From: Bacteroidota bacterium
GTDB lineage: Bacteria; Bacteroidota; Bacteroidia; NS11-12g; UBA955
DNA length: 64,000 nucleotides
Assembly: GCA_041192805.1 (NCBI GenBank)
Contig: JBEEMF010000086.1
Coordinates: 1,169 to 65,168 of the forward strand
Direction: 5' to 3'
Under the pieces are notes generated by a model, which made no database searches, had not been told where the DNA came from, and saw only the letters and a list, made by a program, of their open reading frames with translations. Shown in pieces: positions 10,729 to 19,657 of this stretch (position 1 is its first letter; the number at the start of each line of letters is the position of its first letter). Position numbers and translations under genes: made by a program.

Positions 10729-10921
10729 GAATAAGGTTACCCCGTTCTAAAACAAATTGTTAACAGAGTTTTCAATTTAAAATCAATCTAAACAAAATTG
10801 TCATACTGTTGAAATTCTATGTTTTACGAATTTGATTTTATACATAAATTAAGGATTTCCACATTGGAATATGACATTAGTCTACCATTCGAAACAGAGG
10901 TTTGGTCGAAAAACACTTTGA

Positions 10922-11860
10922 CTAAAGTTTCTCTGAGATTTGATTTAACCAGTACATATAGTTTACATAACTTGCCAATGCCAGTTGGGTATAATTCTGG
11001 GAAGAATTACCAAAGGCTCCCGCTTGTGTCTTCCACAATTTCAGGATCAGCTCTCCCCCACTTTTTCCTGGGCCAATTACCTGAACTGCTTTTCTTACAT
11101 TTCCAGCACCCGCATTGTACACGTGCATTACCAACAATTGAAACCAAAGCTCGTCGTGGTTTGGCTCCAATCCAATACTAATTGCCATGCGCTCGGCATT
11201 TGGAATACAATAATCTTTCATCAGTTTTGCCGCTGCCATACTGCTTTTTGCAAAATCATGCCTATCATCTCTTGTTGATGAGACAACCAATCCATATTTT
11301 TTTGCAACAAACGGCATTAATTGATAATGCCCTACCGCCCCTGAGATCGACCTAGCCTTTGGGTTATTTGGCGATTCGATGAGTAAAATAAATTGTGCAT
11401 AGATTGGATTCACCCCGTATTGATCGAATATTATTTTTGCATCGTCAACCATTGGGCCCACTTTTTGAAAATCAAAAAACTCCTTTTTCCCTCGAACAAA
11501 CTTCACCAATTCACAGGTTTCATAACCATTCTTATCTCTGTAACACTGTGCGGCCACATCCAATTGATTTTTCACAACCATTGAATCCAATTGCGCTGCC
11601 GAAATTACATCCAACATTCGTCTACTATCCTTGTGCACAACAATGCACGAATCTTTAGTCAGAGAAATAACGGAACGCCAAAAGGTGATTTGTGGTTGTT
11701 GTTCAAAAAAAGTGAGTTGCGCCTTAGTAACGGCCACAATGTGAAATGAATCATTGGGATGGCTTAAATTAACGGGGGTATTGTTTTGATTGCAAGCGGC
11801 TAGTTGAAGCCAACCCAAGCCTGCCCAACAGAGTATTATAGAGATTTTCAATTTTCGCAT
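10922..11860 (-). CDS. lytic transglycosylase (SLT domain) lipoprotein
   Basis: Lipobox LQLAAC. Catalytic-type region LLIESPNN...SISGAVGHYQLMPFVAKKYG resembles the SLT E-S / GLMQ-like motifs. Its ATG directly abuts the stop codon of the upstream TPR gene. Confidence 0.7.
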   Translation of the reverse strand: MRKLKISIILCWAGLGWLQLAACNQNNTPVNLSHPNDSFHIVAVTKAQLTFFEQQPQITFWRSVISLTKDSCIVVHKDSRRMLDVISAAQLDSMVVKNQLDVAAQCYRDKNGYETCELVKFVRGKKEFFDFQKVGPMVDDAKIIFDQYGVNPIYAQFILLIESPNNPKARSISGAVGHYQLMPFVAKKYGLVVSSTRDDRHDFAKSSMAAAKLMKDYCIPNAERMAISIGLEPNHDELWFQLLVMHVYNAGAGNVRKAVQVIGPGKSGGELILKLWKTQAGAFGNSSQNYTQLALASYVNYMYWLNQISEKL

Positions 11861-12919
11861 TTATTTATTCGTTGTTGGGTTTTCTTGACAATGTTTTTCG
11901 AGCCATTTGGTTGCAGATTTTTCGCCCAACAGAAGACTGCGTTCCCAGTCGGCGCAAGCCACTCCTATCTTCCCCATATTGTACCTAGCGATTCCTCTAC
12001 CAAGATAAGCATAGGCGGGTGTGGAATTCTTGCTTTTTATGGATTTACTTAGCCAAACATCGGCATCGTTATATCGCTCCAATTGCAACAAACAATGACC
12101 ATAATCAGCCATAAGATCACCATCATTGGGCGACCCAGACAATAATATTTGATAAATGGATTCCGATTCATCAATCCGATTCAAATAAAAGAGTGCATCG
12201 GCTTTTAATTTTAATAAGTTCTGATTCTCAGGGTTCTGCTTCAACGATTCGTCAACCTGCATTAAACAGAGATCGAACTGACCCATTTGATAAGTGTTTT
12301 GAATCAAAGACTCGCTAATTAAAGGCTCGCTAGGATTGATTTGCTTTAATCCAAGTAGAATCTTTTGAAAATCCGCGTACTTTTTAGAGGCGTCAAAGTG
12401 AATACTTAGGATGGGTAAATAATCTCTTAAAAACAAATCGCCCATAGTCCTATAAAGCCACAACATATCTTCAAACGCCGCATCATACTCCTTCAATTTT
12501 AAGGAAATTTCTAAACGATATACTCTACCCAACGTGTCCGATGGGGCCAAGCCCAAATAGTGATTGATATCCCCAAATGCAAATTGATAATTTTCGGTAT
12601 GCGAATATGCGATGTAACGATACAGATACGTTTTAGGTCGTGCCGGATTGAGGTAAATCGCCTTATTGAAATCTACTACAGCGGAGCTAAAATCCGTCAT
12701 ATGAATCCTAACGATCCCCCGTGTTAACCACGCCATATCATTTTCAGGCTTCGAATCAACGGCAAGGTTTAAATTAATTATGGCCTCATCGTATTGGCCT
12801 TTTTCGTCGGCTCTTACTCCATTCGACATCAATTGGTCGAAGCTCAGTTGCGCATTACTGGCATTGATACCCGAAATGGCTAGTACTAACAAAAACTTGG
12901 CTTTAACTGATAACTTCAT
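11861..12919 (-). CDS. TPR-repeat protein (secreted)
   Basis: Repeated TPR-like A/Y/L patterns. The ORF-track start at 12937 is a TTG. ATG 12919 gives a clean signal peptide, MKLSVKAKFLLVLAISGINASNA. A near-consensus -7 box GATTTTTG (12942-12935) overlaps the TTG. Confidence 0.7.
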   Translation of the reverse strand: MKLSVKAKFLLVLAISGINASNAQLSFDQLMSNGVRADEKGQYDEAIINLNLAVDSKPENDMAWLTRGIVRIHMTDFSSAVVDFNKAIYLNPARPKTYLYRYIAYSHTENYQFAFGDINHYLGLAPSDTLGRVYRLEISLKLKEYDAAFEDMLWLYRTMGDLFLRDYLPILSIHFDASKKYADFQKILLGLKQINPSEPLISESLIQNTYQMGQFDLCLMQVDESLKQNPENQNLLKLKADALFYLNRIDESESIYQILLSGSPNDGDLMADYGHCLLQLERYNDADVWLSKSIKSKNSTPAYAYLGRGIARYNMGKIGVACADWERSLLLGEKSATKWLEKHCQENPTTNK

Positions 12920-13018
12920 GATTCTACAAGTATTCAAAAATCAATCCAATTTGTTGAATATTGGGATATGAATATCTACAAAATAGATGCTGTCTATAAA
13001 CAAGGACGAACAAACCAT

Positions 13019-13026
13019 TATTTTTG
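13019..13026 (+). promoter_or_regulatory. -7 promoter box TATTTTTG for yhhQ-like gene
   Basis: Exact TAnnTTTG, 16 nt upstream of ATG 13043. It lies inside the ORF-track N-terminal extension, which argues for the shorter gene model. Confidence 0.45.
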
Positions 13027-13042
13027 TAATTATAAGATCGCA

Positions 13043-13801
13043 ATGTCAAAGACAACAGATTTCAATTCAAGAAAAAACAACCTATTCCTAGTTTTAGGGA
13101 TGGTATTTTTAACCAATGCCATTGTTGCAGAATTTATTGGTGCAAAGATCTTCTCCTTGGAAAAATCTTTGGGTATTGAACCATTGGGATTAAACATATT
13201 TGGTGGGGAATTCAATTTCGACATGACTGCCGGTGTGATTTTATGGCCTTTTGTTTTTATTCTTACCGATATCATCAATGAATATTTTGGGAAGAAAGGC
13301 GTTCAAAAACTATCGTGGATTGCCGCAAGTCTACTCATCTATTCATTTCTAGCTGTGCGCGTTGCAATGTGGCTCGATGGGGCCGACTTTTGGAATATCA
13401 GCGGGCAAACACAAGGTTTAAATGATATGCAGAATGCATTCAACGCCGTTTTTGGTCAGGGCTTAATGATAATTCTAGGCTCCTTAGTGGCTTTCGTGAT
13501 CGGTCAAATGGTTGATGCATTTATTTTCACCAAATTGAAAGATAAAACAGGCGATAAAATGATTTGGCTGAGAGCAACTGGAAGTACCGTTGTAAGTCAG
13601 TTTATTGATAGCTATGTTGTCTTAGTTATTGCCTTTTACCTGGGCGGCAAATACGATTTGATTTGGGTGCTGCAAGTGGGAACACTAAATTACATCTATA
13701 AATTGGTGATGGCATTCATTCTATTGCCTCTGCTCTATTTTGTGCACGGCATTATCGATCGCTATTTGGGTATCAACCAAACATCAACATCAAACCGCTA
13801 A
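13043..13801 (+). CDS. yhhQ: queuosine-precursor transporter (YhhQ / VUT family, DUF165)
   Basis: Polytopic membrane protein. Motifs ILWPFVFILTDIINEYFG, GQMVDAFIFTKLK and LRATGSTVVSQFIDSYVVLVIAF parallel E. coli YhhQ blocks. Confidence 0.75.
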   Translation: MSKTTDFNSRKNNLFLVLGMVFLTNAIVAEFIGAKIFSLEKSLGIEPLGLNIFGGEFNFDMTAGVILWPFVFILTDIINEYFGKKGVQKLSWIAASLLIYSFLAVRVAMWLDGADFWNISGQTQGLNDMQNAFNAVFGQGLMIILGSLVAFVIGQMVDAFIFTKLKDKTGDKMIWLRATGSTVVSQFIDSYVVLVIAFYLGGKYDLIWVLQVGTLNYIYKLVMAFILLPLLYFVHGIIDRYLGINQTSTSNR

Positions 13802-14438
13802 GAATCATTACGATTCCAGTAATCAATCCTGTACTATGTTCTAAACGATGCGAATTCCATCGTTCCAGGCCTTTAAAGCCAATCCACACGCCGCCCATCA
13901 TACTGAGCCAGGTGGTAACAGCATAAACAAATACCAATGCCCAAATTACAGTCCAACCCATAGGGGCTAAAGTGGCGAAATACCATTCGATTTCCATGCA
14001 AGGCGACAAAAACAATGCTAATAAAATTGTTACCAATGCCCATCTACTTTCTGTTTCGTTCACTTTTTCTGGAAAATGAAAGTGGTGATGTTTGTGGTGC
14101 CTGTAAAGAAAATAGATTCCCAGCAATATCATAATCACGGCGCCAAATGTTTCGAAAGGTATCCGGTGGCCGATAATTGAAATTTCGGTAATACTAAAAC
14201 TGCTACCATTGGTTTGATTCGGGTTCTCACGCAAACCAATCATTGTGATTTGAGCGATGCTCAAACCAACCCCAACCGTACCTAACGCATGTGCGATGGC
14301 AGCAAGGCCCGTGTATCTGAGTGTTATTGATTTACTCCACCCCATTTTCTTGGCCAAAGCCAAAAAAGGCAACCAATGACCAGGTATGAAACCATGTAGT
14401 ACGCTAATAATAAAAGCGGCGATGAGTTGTTCGGTCAT
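13773..14438 (-). CDS. putative metal (Ni/Co-type) transporter with histidine-rich loop
   Basis: 221-aa membrane protein with an N-terminal HGFIPGHW motif and a central YRHHKHHHFHF loop. Family assignment is tentative. The 3' end overlaps yhhQ by 29 nt (convergent). Confidence 0.45.
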   Translation of the reverse strand: MTEQLIAAFIISVLHGFIPGHWLPFLALAKKMGWSKSITLRYTGLAAIAHALGTVGVGLSIAQITMIGLRENPNQTNGSSFSITEISIIGHRIPFETFGAVIMILLGIYFLYRHHKHHHFHFPEKVNETESRWALVTILLALFLSPCMEIEWYFATLAPMGWTVIWALVFVYAVTTWLSMMGGVWIGFKGLERWNSHRLEHSTGLITGIVMILSGLMLMFG

Positions 14439-14445
14439 TAGGCTA

Positions 14446-14453
14446 CAAAGTTA
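14446..14453 (-). promoter_or_regulatory. -7 promoter box TAACTTTG, 7 nt from ATG 14438
   Basis: Plus strand CAAAGTTA, an exact TAnnTTTG on the minus strand. Confidence 0.5.
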
Positions 14454-14460
14454 ATTTATA

Positions 14461-14492
14461 AAAAAGAAAAGCCCCGCCGAAGCGAGGCTTTT
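14461..14492 (-). terminator. intrinsic terminator of rpsA
   Basis: Minus-strand hairpin AAAAGCCTCGC-TTCG-GCGGGGCTTTT (one mismatch) followed by CTTTTT. It begins 20 nt past the rpsA stop. Confidence 0.7.
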
Positions 14493-14511
14493 CCTATTAG
14501 ATTTTAATTTT

Positions 14512-16680
14512 TTACAAAGAATTGGATTCTTCAATCCACTTGTTCCACTGATCAGCAGAAATTTTAGCATCCTCAGTAGTCATTGAAGCGATTTTATCTT
14601 CTGATAATGCTTTCAAATCGTCAACTGAATTCACACCCAAAGCGTTCATCCTTTTTTCCATGGCTGGACCTACTCCAGACAATGACTTCAAGGTTGCAAC
14701 GGTGCTAACATCAGCCTTTGGTGCTTTTTCTTTTTTCGCAGCAGCAGCTTCATCTTTCGCTTTGGTAGCAGCGGCTTCAACCTTTACGGCTTCTGCTTTG
14801 TCTGCCTTATCTTTTGCAACACCTTTCTCTTGCTTCTCAAATTGAGCACGCAAAGCGGTTAATGCATCCAATTCACCAAATGTAGACTTTTCTGAAGATT
14901 GATTCGTTTTCTTAACAACCTTGGCAACATTCTTACGGGCCTTATCTTTAGAAGCATTATCTGCTTCTTTGATTGCACGCTCTGCACCTTTCCAAATGTT
15001 GGTATGAGAAACAATGATACGTTTGGCGTCTTTAGAGAATTCGATTACTTCAAATTCTAAAGTTTCGTCATCCGCCATTGTTTTATTGTCGGCCTTTTTG
15101 ATATGACGTGAAGGTGCAAATGCTTCAACTCCATATTGCAATTGAATGGTCGCGCCTTTGTCGTTAACAGACATAACGGTTCCTTCATGAATAGATCCAA
15201 TTGAGAAGATGGTTTCAAAGGTTTCCCAAGGATTCTCTTCCAATTGCTTATGACCTAAGCTCAAACGACGGTTGTCTTTATCAACTTCCAATACAATCAC
15301 ATCCAACTTATCACCTTTCTTGGTGAATTCACTTGGGTGTTTGATTTTCTTGTTCCAGCTCAAATCAGATACGTGAACCAAACCATCAATACCTTCTTCC
15401 AATTCTAGGAATAAGCCATAGGATGTCAAGTTTTTAACAATACCTGAATGCTTGCTACCCAAAGAGTACTTGCTTTCAATTTCGATCCAAGGATCTTGAG
15501 TCAGTTGTTTGATTCCCAAGCTCATCTTGTGCTCAGACCTATCCAACGACAACACCAGAGCTTTCACTTCGTCGCCCACCTTCAAATACTCTGAAGGATT
15601 ACGCAAATGTGAACTCCAGCTCATTTCACTTACGTGAACCAAACCTTCAACACCTGGCTTAATTTCAATGAATGCACCGTAATCAGCAACTGATACAACT
15701 TTACCTGCTACGTGAGTACCTTCTTCGATATCAGCAGTCAAATTATCCCATGGGTGAGATGTCAATTGCTTCAATCCTAAAGAAATACGTTTCTTCAAAT
15801 CATCATAATCCAAAATAACGACTTGGATGCGATCATCTAATTTCAATACTTCTTCTGGGTGGTTAATACGTCCCCATGAAATATCAGTAATGTGCAACAA
15901 ACCATCAATTCCACCTAAGTCAACAAATACACCGAAAGAGGTCATGTTTTTAACAACACCTTCCAATACTTGTCCTTTTTCCAACTTAGACAAAATCACA
16001 GATTTCTGTGCTTCAATATCATCTTCAATCAACGCCTTGTGAGAAACAACTACGTTTTTATAGATTTCGTTGATCTTAACGATTTTGAAATCCATATTTT
16101 TACCAACGTATTGGTCGTAATCACGCACTGGCTTAGTATCAATTTGAGATCCTGGCAAGAATGTATCGAAACTAAATACATCTACAACCAATCCACCTTT
16201 CGTCCGAGAACGAACATATCCAGTAACGATAGTGTCATTGTTATGGGCTTCAACAATTTTTTCCCAAGCCGTTTCTTGCAATGCTTTTTTGCGGCTAAGT
16301 ATCAACTGACCCAATTTGTCTTCAGCAATGTCAACAAATACTTCTACTGAATCGCCCAATGCCAATTCCGGCATATCGCGGAATTCCGTACGTGGTACAA
16401 GTCCGTCACTTTTGAATCCAATGTTTACTACAACATCTTTTTCGTTCATTCCAACAACAACGCCTTTAACCACTTGTTTTTCAACAACGGGTTGGAAAGT
16501 TGAGTTGTAAGACACTTCTAAGCGCCTGCGCTCATCGTTCGAGTAAGTCTCGAATCCGGCATCGTCTGCACTCCAGTCAAAATCATCATGGGCAGTGGCA
16601 GCGGCGGCTGTTTTGGTGGTTTTAGCCGTTGAAACTTCTACGGTTTCGTCTGTGGCTTGTTCGTTTTTTTCGTTTGTCAA
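14512..16680 (-). CDS. rpsA: 30S ribosomal protein S1 with a long K/A-rich and helix-hairpin-helix-like C-terminal extension
   Basis: Six S1-domain repeats (GxVxxxxxxGxxVdlG... patterns). There is no in-frame ATG before the first S1 domain. The candidate start TTG at 16680 has AAGGAGG 9 nt upstream. The ORF track uses the TTG at 16710. Confidence 0.9.
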   Translation of the reverse strand: MTNEKNEQATDETVEVSTAKTTKTAAAATAHDDFDWSADDAGFETYSNDERRRLEVSYNSTFQPVVEKQVVKGVVVGMNEKDVVVNIGFKSDGLVPRTEFRDMPELALGDSVEVFVDIAEDKLGQLILSRKKALQETAWEKIVEAHNNDTIVTGYVRSRTKGGLVVDVFSFDTFLPGSQIDTKPVRDYDQYVGKNMDFKIVKINEIYKNVVVSHKALIEDDIEAQKSVILSKLEKGQVLEGVVKNMTSFGVFVDLGGIDGLLHITDISWGRINHPEEVLKLDDRIQVVILDYDDLKKRISLGLKQLTSHPWDNLTADIEEGTHVAGKVVSVADYGAFIEIKPGVEGLVHVSEMSWSSHLRNPSEYLKVGDEVKALVLSLDRSEHKMSLGIKQLTQDPWIEIESKYSLGSKHSGIVKNLTSYGLFLELEEGIDGLVHVSDLSWNKKIKHPSEFTKKGDKLDVIVLEVDKDNRRLSLGHKQLEENPWETFETIFSIGSIHEGTVMSVNDKGATIQLQYGVEAFAPSRHIKKADNKTMADDETLEFEVIEFSKDAKRIIVSHTNIWKGAERAIKEADNASKDKARKNVAKVVKKTNQSSEKSTFGELDALTALRAQFEKQEKGVAKDKADKAEAVKVEAAATKAKDEAAAAKKEKAPKADVSTVATLKSLSGVGPAMEKRMNALGVNSVDDLKALSEDKIASMTTEDAKISADQWNKWIEESNSL

Positions 16681-16689
16681 GAAATAGTT

Positions 16690-16696
16690 CCTCCTT
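16690..16696 (-). promoter_or_regulatory. Shine-Dalgarno-like AAGGAGG upstream of the rpsA TTG start
   Basis: Plus strand CCTCCTT. There is a 9-nt spacer to TTG 16680-16678. Almost no other gene in the window has such a site. Confidence 0.55.
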
Positions 16697-16830
16697 TGAT
16701 CGGGCGGCAAAAATATGCAATAAACCTCAAACTTGACAATATTTTCTGCCTTTTTGCGATAAATTCAAACTTTAAACAATTACTCTATTGCTTTTTGCAA
16801 ATTCTGCAAACATTGAATTAATTTTTCTTG

Positions 16831-16838
16831 TAGGTTTG
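16831..16838 (+). promoter_or_regulatory. -7 promoter box TAGGTTTG, 8 nt from ATG 16847
   Basis: Exact TAnnTTTG. Confidence 0.5.
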
Positions 16839-16846
16839 CTAACCGT

Positions 16847-19639
16847 ATGGCAAAGCAAGTTTCTACGAATAACGCATCAAACAATACCCAGTCTTCACTA
16901 CCCTTTTCACCCATTTCGTTGACTGATTTCATCGAGATGTGCAAGACAAATCAGGGACAAATAAACTCGTACTTAGCGGAAAAACACATCTTGGTGATAT
17001 ACCCGGGGACTGTTGCGCCCAAATCATCCGACATCAACCAAGGTTTGTCTTTGATTTCTTCAAAGAACAAAGGATATCTTATCGCCAAGCCTCAAGTAAA
17101 AAACAAAAGATTTACTGAGTCATTATTTGGCCTCACTGCTGCTGACTATCAAAGCAAATTTGTAATTATCACAGCCGATTGCCTAGTTCAAATATCATCT
17201 GAAGTCAGTCAGGTTAACTCAATGGCTGAATTGGTTTATTTGTGCAATAAAACCACCACGCTAGAACAATCGTTGGAATTGCCTGTTCAAGCCACGCCTA
17301 TGTCGGCCGTGAGCATCCTAACCCAAAAATGGAAAATGGCGGGTAATTATTTCATCACGGCCAATAAGAACATCCATCGTTGGGTGTTTTTGTTAATCTC
17401 CTTGTTTTCATTGGTTTTCATGACCCAAATGAGCAAAACCGCAAGTATATCAGGTGATGAATTCACCCAATACACCTATTCCAAGCTTATAGCCAATTAT
17501 TATCTAGAATCGATTGGCGAGGCAATACCCATAGACACCAATGAATTGAAGGGTCAGCGAATGCCCACATTAGCGAAAGCATTTCCAACCATGGGCGCTG
17601 GAGTGGCAACGATTAAAGATCCCGATCGTGTGATGCACGTTTACGGTTCTAGCTTTGATACTTTCACCACGATTTTAGGGTATTATCTTGGAGTTGATGA
17701 TCAAATGCAATTCCGTCATTGGTGGAATTCGATATTCGGATTTTTGTGTATCCTTTTTACGGCATTGGTTGTTCGTCGATTAACGCAAGGAAGTTGGGCG
17801 TTTGCATGGCTGTCGTTTTTATTGATGCTTTTGATGCCTCGGTTCTTTGGCGAGGCGATGAATAACCCGAAAGATGTTCCTTTTGCACTTGGTTACATCA
17901 TGAGCTTGTATTATGCCATAAGGATGTTCCAAAATTGGCCTCATTTCCGATGGAATGCTGCGTTGGGATTGGTTTTAAGTACAGCATTAGGTATTAGCGT
18001 TCGTATTGGAGGTCTACTATCTGTTGCCTTCTTTATTATGTATGCCGGATTAAAATTCATTGAGCACATCGGTTTCAAACAATTCACATCGCTAAAATGG
18101 AAGGGGTTCGGAGCCCTGTTTGTTGCAACTATAACCATTGGACTCGGTAGTTATCTTTTAGGGATTTCGCCCTGGCCCTATGGTATTGACCAACCATTTA
18201 CCAATCCCTTGGAGGCGTTAAAAGAGTTCACAAACTATTCGGTTTCATTGCGACAGTTATTTGAAGGGAAGTTATACGACTCCGACATGCTGCCTTTATA
18301 TTATCTAAGGAAATACCTTTTGATTACAACGCCGATGGCCGTTATGTTTGGACTGGGTTGTTTTGCGCTGTTGGTCTATATGAATCGCAAGCGCTTCACC
18401 AATGAAATTTTCTTGATTTTGTTTGCGGCAATTTTCCCAATTGTTTACATCTACATTCAGAAATCTCAAGTGTACGGTGGGATCCGACAAATTCTGTTCA
18501 CCCTACCCTGTTTCGTCACCATCGCTGTGATTGGTTATCAGTGGTTCGGTGATTTACTTTTTAGATGGAATAAGAAGTTACAATTACTACCCACTTTGAT
18601 TGCGCTTGCTTTACTCGCTATGCCAACCAAATTCATTTTGGCCAACCACCCCGTTAGCTACAGTTACTTCAACGAAATTTATGGCGGTACAGCAAAAGCT
18701 TATGGCGAATATGAAATGGACTATTACTTGGCAAGTTTGCGTCCGAGTGCAGAATGGTTTTTAGAGAATGTCGCTCGCAAACATCCTGAGAAGAAATACG
18801 AAGTTCTGACCTACGGAATGGATCATGTGAAATACTACTGCAGAAACGACAAAAACGTACACGTAGGATATTCAAGATTTGATGATCGAAGTTCAAAAGA
18901 TTGGGACTATTGCATTTTTTACAATGCCTATTTTGATAAAGCGCGATTAAACTCAGGTGAATTCCCACCAAAAGGCACGGTTTATCAGCAAATGGTGGAT
19001 GGTGTTCCCGCGGGATTGGTTATCGAACGCCCAAGTCACGACGACTTTAAAGGCATCAAAGCCATCGAAAAAGACACCGCTTACGCCCAGGCTGCAACAT
19101 TACTAGAAAATTACTTAAAGATCGATCCTGCGCGTTCTGAAGTGCGATTCTACCTATCCTCTGCTTACATTGGCATGGGCAATATCGAAAAGGCCATACT
19201 TGCAGTTAAAGAAGCACGGAAATATTATCCGGAATACAGCAGAGCGTGTTTTGCGCAATTCCAATATTTGATGAATGTAAAACGATACGATGAAGCCATC
19301 GATGTGATTTCTCAATATCTAGAATCTCGTCCTCGCGATGGTGAAGGGTTTATCATGAAAGCCCAAGCACAACTGAGTAAGGGAGATATCGCAACAGGAA
19401 TCGAAACATTAAAGAATGCGGTTGCTATGAATCCAATGGATTACAGGGTTTACGATTTAGGTGCACAAGCCTATCAAATGATGAAAGATGCTAGCAATTA
19501 CAATATGTGGTTACAAGCATCGACTTTGGGAAGTGCATCCAATCAAAACGACTTCCAAACCGCGGTTCAGGCCGTTATGATGATCTACGAAGAAATTACT
19601 GGAAAGCCCCTGGATACCAAGAAATATGGGCTTGAGTAA
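16847..19639 (+). CDS. large polytopic membrane protein, GT-C (PMT/ArnT-like) glycosyltransferase fold, with C-terminal TPR domain and ~170-aa N-terminal soluble domain
   Basis: 930 aa. The first loop after TM1 carries SGDEF (acidic motif typical of GT-C enzymes). About 11 or more TM segments are followed by a soluble region and TPR-like repeats (YLKIDPARSEVRFYLSSAYIGMGNIEKA...). The family call is by architecture only. Confidence 0.5.
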   Translation: MAKQVSTNNASNNTQSSLPFSPISLTDFIEMCKTNQGQINSYLAEKHILVIYPGTVAPKSSDINQGLSLISSKNKGYLIAKPQVKNKRFTESLFGLTAADYQSKFVIITADCLVQISSEVSQVNSMAELVYLCNKTTTLEQSLELPVQATPMSAVSILTQKWKMAGNYFITANKNIHRWVFLLISLFSLVFMTQMSKTASISGDEFTQYTYSKLIANYYLESIGEAIPIDTNELKGQRMPTLAKAFPTMGAGVATIKDPDRVMHVYGSSFDTFTTILGYYLGVDDQMQFRHWWNSIFGFLCILFTALVVRRLTQGSWAFAWLSFLLMLLMPRFFGEAMNNPKDVPFALGYIMSLYYAIRMFQNWPHFRWNAALGLVLSTALGISVRIGGLLSVAFFIMYAGLKFIEHIGFKQFTSLKWKGFGALFVATITIGLGSYLLGISPWPYGIDQPFTNPLEALKEFTNYSVSLRQLFEGKLYDSDMLPLYYLRKYLLITTPMAVMFGLGCFALLVYMNRKRFTNEIFLILFAAIFPIVYIYIQKSQVYGGIRQILFTLPCFVTIAVIGYQWFGDLLFRWNKKLQLLPTLIALALLAMPTKFILANHPVSYSYFNEIYGGTAKAYGEYEMDYYLASLRPSAEWFLENVARKHPEKKYEVLTYGMDHVKYYCRNDKNVHVGYSRFDDRSSKDWDYCIFYNAYFDKARLNSGEFPPKGTVYQQMVDGVPAGLVIERPSHDDFKGIKAIEKDTAYAQAATLLENYLKIDPARSEVRFYLSSAYIGMGNIEKAILAVKEARKYYPEYSRACFAQFQYLMNVKRYDEAIDVISQYLESRPRDGEGFIMKAQAQLSKGDIATGIETLKNAVAMNPMDYRVYDLGAQAYQMMKDASNYNMWLQASTLGSASNQNDFQTAVQAVMMIYEEITGKPLDTKKYGLE

Positions 19640-19657
19640 AAGTTAGGCGGGTTAATA

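Noticed and set aside
10750-10802. Approximate direct repeat AAACAAATTGT / AAACAAAATTGT about 40 nt apart upstream of the act operon promoter
   Set aside because: The repeats are short, AT-rich and imperfect, in an AT-rich spacer. They cannot be distinguished from chance without comparative data. No FNR/CRP-like palindrome was found.
12938-13042. Possible preQ1 riboswitch upstream of the yhhQ-type queuosine-precursor transporter
   Set aside because: I looked for the preQ1-I hallmarks, a short hairpin with GGTTC...CCC followed by an A-rich tail ending in CTA. None is present. The -7 box sits 16 nt from the ATG and leaves no room for an aptamer.
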